NCBI GenBank assembly: GCA_030141605.1
Contig: JAQGDQ010000716.1
Coordinates: forward strand, 1-64,000
DNA length: 64,000 bases
From: Tubiluchus corallicola
Taxonomy: Eukaryota > Animalia > Priapulida
Reading direction: 5' to 3'
The first letter of the stretch is position 1, and each line of letters opens with the position of its first letter. This document shows, one piece after another, positions 56,238 to 64,000 of the stretch. The position numbers and the translations under genes were made by a program. Below the pieces are notes generated by a model. It ran no database searches. It saw only the letters and a list, made by a program, of their open reading frames with translations, and had not been told where the DNA came from.

Positions 56238-58262
56238 GAAGACGATGCAGGTGTTGTTAAAGCAGCCAACAGCATCAACGTTGTTGAGCAGACAGTCGAG
56301 GAGGAGAAATAACGAGAAGCAATGAATATTAGATAATACAGAAAGTGAATTGGGAGTAGATGGTTTGAGAAAATATTTATGATTTTGATCAGCTTAGCTG
56401 TGCCACGTTATGCAATTTTTGCACTGTCATCGAGGGTTCATATTGAGATTTAGGTATACAGCTTAACATTTGCTTTGTAATAACTGATAACAGTTAATTT
56501 TAATAGCTAGAAATTAGGTTTAAATTTCCGTTTATTACATTATGTCAGGTATTTCCACTTGTTCTTTTCCTACCAAAGATCACGCTGAATTATTACTAAT
56601 CAACGCTCATGCTAATGCAAAGAAGAATTGCTAGAGCTATTTAGTACTTACTCTTAGGTCCTTAGAATTTACTTGAAAGATATTTGTTCAATTAACAGAA
56701 AAAGAAAAAGCTAATATGTTTTTCTTTTCCCATTATTTGGTATGTCTGGTGGTAATGCCATTAAGGCAGATTATGGGAAAGGTAGATCTCTGCGGCAAGA
56801 GATTTTACTAAAAAGAACAGAGAACTAAACGCTGAAATGTACTTAATATCGTAAATATTATATTATGCACTTTTTTATATTATTTATAAACAAAAAAGTA
56901 CAAAAAATAAAATAGCACATAAAGTGCATAAAACAGCATATGTACAACAGTATGGCCTCGCTAACTTGCCGGGGCAAAGATTCATTGATATCAATAATAG
57001 CAATTCACAATTATTTTTTTATCAATTCGAGTATCTTACAATATCTTTTAGCACCTGTTATGAGAATTGATATGCTTAAGTTCTCCCATATACACAATAT
57101 TTATAGTGTTAATCTGCTCCAATTATTCATCCCAATATGCAAACGATAGCGTATTGTCTTCTCTAGACGAGGGTGAATCAAAGTCAAAGTCTCTTGGAGA
57201 AACTATTGTGCAATTCAAAAACATCACCTGATGTCTCTCGGCTTTCACACTAAATCCGAGAGAAACGTAGTACTTTCACTAAGCGTTCTAAACGTAAGTA
57301 TATCAACATGTGACGTGTGAACGGAGCTGTAGTTAAACCTGTGTTCGTACACACAAGTCGACACGGCGCCCATTGACGATAGCGACAAGCAGGTACCTTT
57401 CTTTCTGATTTAGTGGTAATGAAGTCCTTTACAATGTACAATCGTGAAATATCAAAGTCTGGTGACCTCTCCTTGAGGAACATGGGCACTGGGTACTCAC
57501 AAAATCCAGATCGATGTTCTGCTCTCGTGATAAGACCGGCAAAACCACGGAAACCGAAATGTGGACATCTTCCAGCATCACATTAGATCATCAGCTTTCC
57601 AAAAGTCAACTAGTCTAGTGCTACACCAAAGAATATACCGATAAATCTGTGCCAAGAACGTACAAAAATTTTTGCATCTGAATGCTTTATAATACAGTCG
57701 AAATTTTACCCCTCCCAATGGGACTAACCTTTTCTAAACTAACAAAAAGGACCTAGTTGATTATAACGAAATAGAAACAAGTTTCATTTTGCAATCGTAA
57801 TGTGCAAATCTGTGTCAAAATACGAAACTAAAACTTAGAGTTTATTTTCAAATTAAGTTACGCCTCAATAATTCAACATGGGCCAATAAATCACATTTTT
57901 ACTGTTTTGCACACCCAGATGATAATGAATTGTTTAACCAAAACGCATTGAACCTATACATTTTTGAATATAATATAATCTATCAATTTTTTTAACTATT
58001 TTCTGCATTTATTTCACAAACTGCAACAGCTCAAGCAAAGAATAACTGTATCTTTACAATTTGGTTCAATGGTTATTTTTTATTTTGAAGAATTACGTAT
58101 AATAAAACTTAAAAACTGACTTGCAAATTCGAACTCTTCATATGGTTCAGTAGAGTTTGTGACAATCTGTAAGCTACTTAGGGCATTCAGTAACATGTAA
58201 GTGGAAAAAACGAAAAACAACCGAGCAACCGATTTTCCCACTATGACTCGGTTAGAGCAAAT

Positions 58263-59291
58263 CTATAAGTCATGACGGACGAAAACAACATCCAAGCCAT
58301 CTTCAACTCTGTCGCTAGGTGGCACCACTCCTGCTTCCTTATAGAGACTAGTTCCAAACATTATTGTTCTGATTGCGTGGAGCTTTTGCCTTGTCTCTTT
58401 GATATGCGGTCCTTTACTGTCATAAATTTTGTATTCTACGGTCAACACGTCAATCGTCAATTTGTTAAAAGGGATTGACTGCAAGATGTCCACTTCAGCA
58501 CCTTCGACATCAAGAGAGAAATAGTCAATGTGGGTACGATTCAACGCCAACATGACAGAGTACAATGGAAAACATTGGACAGTTTGATATCTGTTGTTAT
58601 GACAACCGACTAATCGTTCTTCATTTGATCGGTGCATTTTGTCTGTCAATCCTCCCAGAACGCCGCCAATTCTAAAATCTGCCTTATAAGTTTTATCACT
58701 GGGACTTAGACAAGCATTCAATAGATAAGAGTTACGATTCTGTTGCAGAAGATCACCAAAAAACATTGGATTTGCTTCCACCAGAAGTCCTGTCCAATTA
58801 CGAGTAATCTCAAAGAAAAAAGTATTGGACAAACTCTGTCCATCTGTTGCTCCACACTCTACAAAAAATCCATTCCTCCTTCCTTTAAGGATGTTATCAA
58901 CAAATTCAGATTGTCCATGCTGAGAAAAATCAACATTCTCCAACTTCTGAAACGTCTGCTCTGCAGATGGTGCAATCAACCAGTGATCTTTTATGTGAGC
59001 AATGAGATTTTCGTCATCAGAAGCAGCGCCACCATACTGCAGAGCAAGAATTTCTCCTGCTGCAGGTAGGGATTTGTGAACACTGAAGGCAGAAGAAGAG
59101 ACGACATTTTTAGTAGAGAAAGGTGCACTTGCAATTTTCCATTTTGCATTTCTATTTTTTGTGATTATTTTTTCCAGAACAACTTTTTCTTTCAAAAAAA
59201 GAAAAACAAATAACAGTGTCACAAATATCACAATTGGCATTTGATGAATGTATTGTTTCCTCATGTGGATGATGTCTCTGCAGACAGACAT
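58263..59291 (-). CDS. FkbM-family (Methyltransf_21) methyltransferase, Star-like type II membrane protein
   Basis: FSQHGQ, GFFVECGATDGQSLSNTFFFE..RNWTGLLVEANP, VQCFPLYSVMLALN..HIDYFSLDVEGAE..IL, plus TM IVIFVTLLFVFLFL. The 342-aa ORF is intact. Confidence 0.92.
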   Translation of the reverse strand: MSVCRDIIHMRKQYIHQMPIVIFVTLLFVFLFLKEKVVLEKIITKNRNAKWKIASAPFSTKNVVSSSAFSVHKSLPAAGEILALQYGGAASDDENLIAHIKDHWLIAPSAEQTFQKLENVDFSQHGQSEFVDNILKGRRNGFFVECGATDGQSLSNTFFFEITRNWTGLLVEANPMFFGDLLQQNRNSYLLNACLSPSDKTYKADFRIGGVLGGLTDKMHRSNEERLVGCHNNRYQTVQCFPLYSVMLALNRTHIDYFSLDVEGAEVDILQSIPFNKLTIDVLTVEYKIYDSKGPHIKETRQKLHAIRTIMFGTSLYKEAGVVPPSDRVEDGLDVVFVRHDL

Positions 59292-59416
59292 TTCTGTGCT
59301 TAGCTGGCATGTGTGTTATTGTACAATCTGCAACAATCATAAATTTCTTAATTGAAACTTTTTTGTGGCTGCTCCCTTTCCTTCTCACTTCTCATTTTCT
59401 CTCTCATACTGTTGTT

Positions 59417-59524
<108 letters not shown>

Positions 59525-59699
59525 ATGCTCTTTAACTTATTTTTTGACGTTATAACTGAATATAGACTTAAGTATGAAGACAACCTGCAAGTACCTAAAA
59601 TTTGGAAGGTACTCGTGAAAACGCCACAGCGATTAGAAGAACCTGATCAAATCCGTTTGAATCTTGTGACTGTGGACACAATTAAAAATAAAATGGCTA

Positions 59700-60300
59700 A
59701 AACAACAGAGTCTCAAGGCTCTGCCATGGGTCCTCTACATTTTATTAAACTTTAATGACCCGCGAATGTTTGCAGACAACGACAAATTGTTTATTGCCGA
59801 ATGTATTGCTATTTTTGAAAATTCGATTAAACAACAATTACTTAGTGGAGGTACATGGTTAAAGATCAATAAGTCAAGACTTTACTACTATTGTTTATAC
59901 ATTTCTCCAATCACACGTCAAAAACCGATTAAAAAACGCCAAATCAAATTTAGCGACAAAAGTATTACCCGCCATGAACTCCTATTATCGAAATCAAAGT
60001 ATCAAGAGTCACGTATCCAGCACATGACAGTGACATAAAATAGCAAAAATACAAATTTTGGCATTAACTAACTTAACTATAACACTTAAGTATGAAGAAC
60101 TTACATGGAGATCTCGCAATAAAACCGTAACGCAAAATCTTACTATTTTTTGGAACAAATATGGAACAGATTTGTTGGTGAAACTGTTCCCTTTATTCAT
60201 CACCTACAAACGCTCAAAGTAATTCACTAGGCCTGACTTACTAGATTGCAAATATGACCTACCTGTTTTTCTTGTTATCCTGCAATGGTATGTAATCAAA
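59700..60300 (+). mobile_element. LINE RT fragment, highly degenerate
   Basis: SQGSAMGPLHFI / MFADNDKLF / WLKINKSR echo QGSILGPLLF, FADDT and W.L.LN..K. Confidence 0.5.
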
Positions 60301-60873
60301 TACCAAAAGCCAAACTGTCATTGAATCCTGTTACAGTAAAAATTCAGTTTAATTTTCCAGGTATTACACTAGATGAATACAGCAGAACTGTTATATGTTA
60401 AAGATTCACTAGGTATAGTATTTCTATGTACTCTTTATATATATTGTCACTAAATAGTGTACATAATTATTATTTTGCTAACATATGTTTTTTAAATAAT
60501 TTACTTGCTTGCTTGTTTACTTGCTCGCTTGCTTACTTACTTACTTATTTATTTGCTTGTACTTACTTACTGTCTCAATAGTCCGTATATACTAGCATTT
60601 AGAAGACAGTAAAACGTAAAACGTAATTAACTTCTTACCTTAAACACCATAACGCAGTCACGTTTTTCATTTTAGCGCAACTACATGTTTTTACTTGCTT
60701 TGCTGTACAAGAAACAAAATTAACATTCACGAGCCTCCATTATACGGTTCACATAATACGCTATCATCACATTGTTTATTCAGTTACTGTACAGTTATTA
60801 TGTAGGGTAAAGACAATAAAAACTGAAGAAAGATGGCAAACTACTGAAAGAACACATGTAGAGATACACTGAC

Positions 60874-61247
60874 GAGGGGTGAGCATTACGAATCGAATCG
60901 AGGGATTTCGAATCGAGCAGAATTTCTGTATAATCCGAATCGAATTCAAATTGAGTACGAAAGATCTTCCGAACAAGTGTTCGAACCACTAGTAAAAAGT
61001 GGACTTACAAAAATCATGCATAGGATTTGATTTTATTCTGCAGTAAAACGATTAATAGTTTATCAAACATTTTGCGCAGAAACTGCAGCTAAATTGTGCT
61101 GATTGGATAATGTTTCAAGCATTTTGATGATAAAGAACGTATGTGGTTGAAGTATTCGAATCTATAGTTTTAGGTTTTTTAGATCTAAAAAACTCGCTCG
61201 CAATCGATTCAAAAATTTCGAACTCGAATGTTCGGAGGTCACCCCTA
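60874..61247. mobile_element. hAT-type MITE
   Basis: TIRs AGGGGTGA...TCACCCCT, subterminal TCGAA repeats, and flanks ACACTGAC/CCATTGAC (6 of 8 match, degenerate 8-bp TSD). Confidence 0.6.
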
Positions 61248-64000
61248 CCATTGACAAGTTTATATCCTGATTTTGTAGACATTTGTTAAATACAAGCGGA
61301 ATTGTCAAAAAGTGTTTGAGTTGACATTACAGGAAAAAATTCTGTGTACAGCTGCAGAACTCGTTGATGTTTTCCTAAATTTTGTACCATAAATGAACAA
61401 AGAAATCTTCTGCAGAGTACTCATGGATTTGAGTTCTGTCGATACCAAAGAGGTGATTGAAGCGCTGGTCACATACGATGGTAGAAATTTGCCAACAGAA
61501 AAAATATTGAAAACATTGCAGCAGTAGTTCTGTGAATTCCGCGCATTTGCGTATCTGTTCCGTTTCGTTTTTGTTTGATTTTGCTTGTTCACGCATTTAT
61601 TCCGTTTCGTTTTCTTATTTAGCTCCTACAAATCCCGATGTTTACCGAACGATTTTGCAATTTTGTTATTCGGTTCTACCCGTGGCTGCAAGTGCGCCAC
61701 TCAGTGAGTGAAATGTAAAACTGTTCTGAGTGTTGACTGTTCAAGCTGATAATTTTGCTGTAATTTCTGGTTTTTAGCACACTTTAACCGCTGGAGTTTT
61801 GTTGATGTGAACGTATTATGCTGTGTTAAATTCTGCTCATAATAAACCCGTTAAACGGTTGAACATGTTATAAGCTCTTTCTTGCAGTTGTGTCATCTTT
61901 CACAAGCTCATAAGGATCTAGTACAAGAAGCATCTTTTAAGGCGAGATGCTTTAATAGTGTTGTAAAGGAAATGAAAAACTTTGTTACACCGCATGTGTA
62001 ACATGTGTAGTGACTTACAGCACACTCCAGAGAATTTTTTAGATGTCATGTCTCCTTGTGAGTCAAAAACTGCAGAATACTTAAAAATTGTTAAGGAGTT
62101 TGATGGTCATTTTTTAATTAGTTTTTACGACACTGAACTGGTTCAGATCTGGTAGCTGAGACACACATAAATATCTCATTTCATGAGAAATAGTTCAGTG
62201 TCAGAACTCGTAGGTCTATTGCACCCACATGTGCATGTAACTTGGAGCTCCCTTCTTCCTACAAGAATTATGCAGAGTTCAGGAGTGACTTTCATTCCAT
62301 CTGCAATAGTGGAATATATGTAAATCTATATGTGCGATAACTACTGTATAACAAATTAAAATGCTTACAGTTTCCTGCCTATATTATAATTATTATAATT
62401 CACTTTTCAATTGCTCTTGTCTTAATTACAAGGCCAATAACTTTCGTATGTGATGTATCATAAAATAATCATTTCATGTTGGTCTTGTGATCATGCATCA
62501 TGCATCATTTTGTACTTTTGCACAATGGAAAATGAGTTCAATTTTTGTAGTTGCTTTCTGTTCAAGGTATTATATTCAAATCTTTGCTGACGAAGCCTAA
62601 TTAAAGCAATACGTGTTTTTGTATATTTCAGAATATTTTGTATTTTGTCAATGAATGGAGAGGCAGGATAGGATTTTTGTAGTTCTTTGCTGTTAATCGA
62701 TGTTCGAGGCTTATAGTTATAGTGTAATTTTTATATAGCAGAGGCAGGCTTATTGCATCCGTCATATGTTGGTTTGATATTAGATATTCAATATTGAGTG
62801 CAAAAATAGTAGTTTGATATTCGGGATTCGCCTCATTAAAGGATACTTTCAAACTCATTTCACTTCAATTCTAGTTTATTTACGATGTCCAATTCAAACA
62901 CAGGTTTTTCAAAATAAGCGGGAACTAAGGTCAATATAGTAGAAAACCATTAAAACAATTGTGTTTTGAAGAAAGTCTCATATAGCCAAAATCCGGCTTA
63001 ATATCCCCCAGTGAAGATTTAAATTGTTGTTTGGCTTTTTGTCTGTGTATTCGTGTGGTGTGACTAGAGGAAAGTTTGCAACACCTCAGCCAGAATAAAT
63101 ATTCGTCAGCAGTTCATTATCCAGCTAATCGTGTGGGTGCCTACCCGTTGAAAGATTCGACTTCGGGTGTGGCACTTTTCCCAATATTTAACAAGTGTTC
63201 CACGTTTAAAGTGCTACAGACAGTCACAGGGTGTGCAGGCAACTACACGACTACACAGTCAAAAAGAAAAAAACAACAATATAAATCTTAACTGAGAATA
63301 TCAAATCGTTTTAGTGGCTGTTTAAGACTTTCTTAAATAATCTCAATCGTCTTCTATTATTTTGACATTAGTTCCTATTTTATTCTTGAACTAGACAGCA
63401 TAAATAAACTAGAACTGAAGTAAATTGAGGCGTTGGAAGGTTTCCTTTAAAAAGCGAATCTCGAACATAGATCTCGAATATCTAACCAATTTTACTACTG
63501 TTTTTACGTTCAATATTGAAAATCGAATATCAAACCTGAGACAGGTGCTAATTGCATTGAAATTATAGACACTTTAAATTTCATATAGTAGAGCTAGGGT
63601 TATTGCCATCGATTTTACATGAATAATATGTATTATAAACTGATAGGAAAGTGCACCTGAGCATTCCAAAATGTTGCCATTTTTTATCTAGTTGTTGACG
63701 TCATGAAGATGTCACAACACTGTACTTGTAGGCCTATGTGCCATCTTGGATTTATGTTTATACCCCAAAAGTACCAAAGTTTATTTTGGCCGATTTTCTG
63801 TTGAGAGCAGGTGAGACCACATTCTCACAGAATCTTCACAGAAAATTTCTATAGCAATGCTACATGCATATTTACAAGCAACTTGTATCAGTTTCATCTT
63901 CCTGCGGCAGCCATCTTTGTTCAGATTAATCAACGAGTGGTCACATGTACAGAGTTCGCAGAATCCCGCAGACCTGCCAAAGCGTGTTTCTAAGCTACTG

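Noticed and set aside
57130-57600. GC-richer segment with a ~110-codon open frame on the minus strand
   Set aside because: No recognisable motifs or supported splice structure.

Overview
This is AT-rich eukaryotic DNA, most likely from an invertebrate animal, and it is dense in microsatellites, tandem repeats and transposon relics. Every recognisable host gene in the window is a predicted type II membrane (Golgi-type) enzyme known or suspected to act on glycans. There are five genes from four families within about 44 kb: a two-exon GT31 beta-1,3-glycosyltransferase with one frameshift as assembled, two near-identical and divergently oriented DUF268 SAM-methyltransferase-like genes, a Sulfotransfer_2 (CHST/HNK-1ST-like) carbohydrate sulfotransferase, and an FkbM/Star-like methyltransferase. 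Together they look like a candidate gene cluster for sulfated, O-methylated glycans. The surrounding DNA holds a non-autonomous Helitron family (including head-to-tail copies and a read-through variant with a second 3' end), two solo-LTR-like insertions, LINE and hAT relics, and duplications of gene-upstream regions. All family assignments come from motifs recognised by eye; no database search was run.
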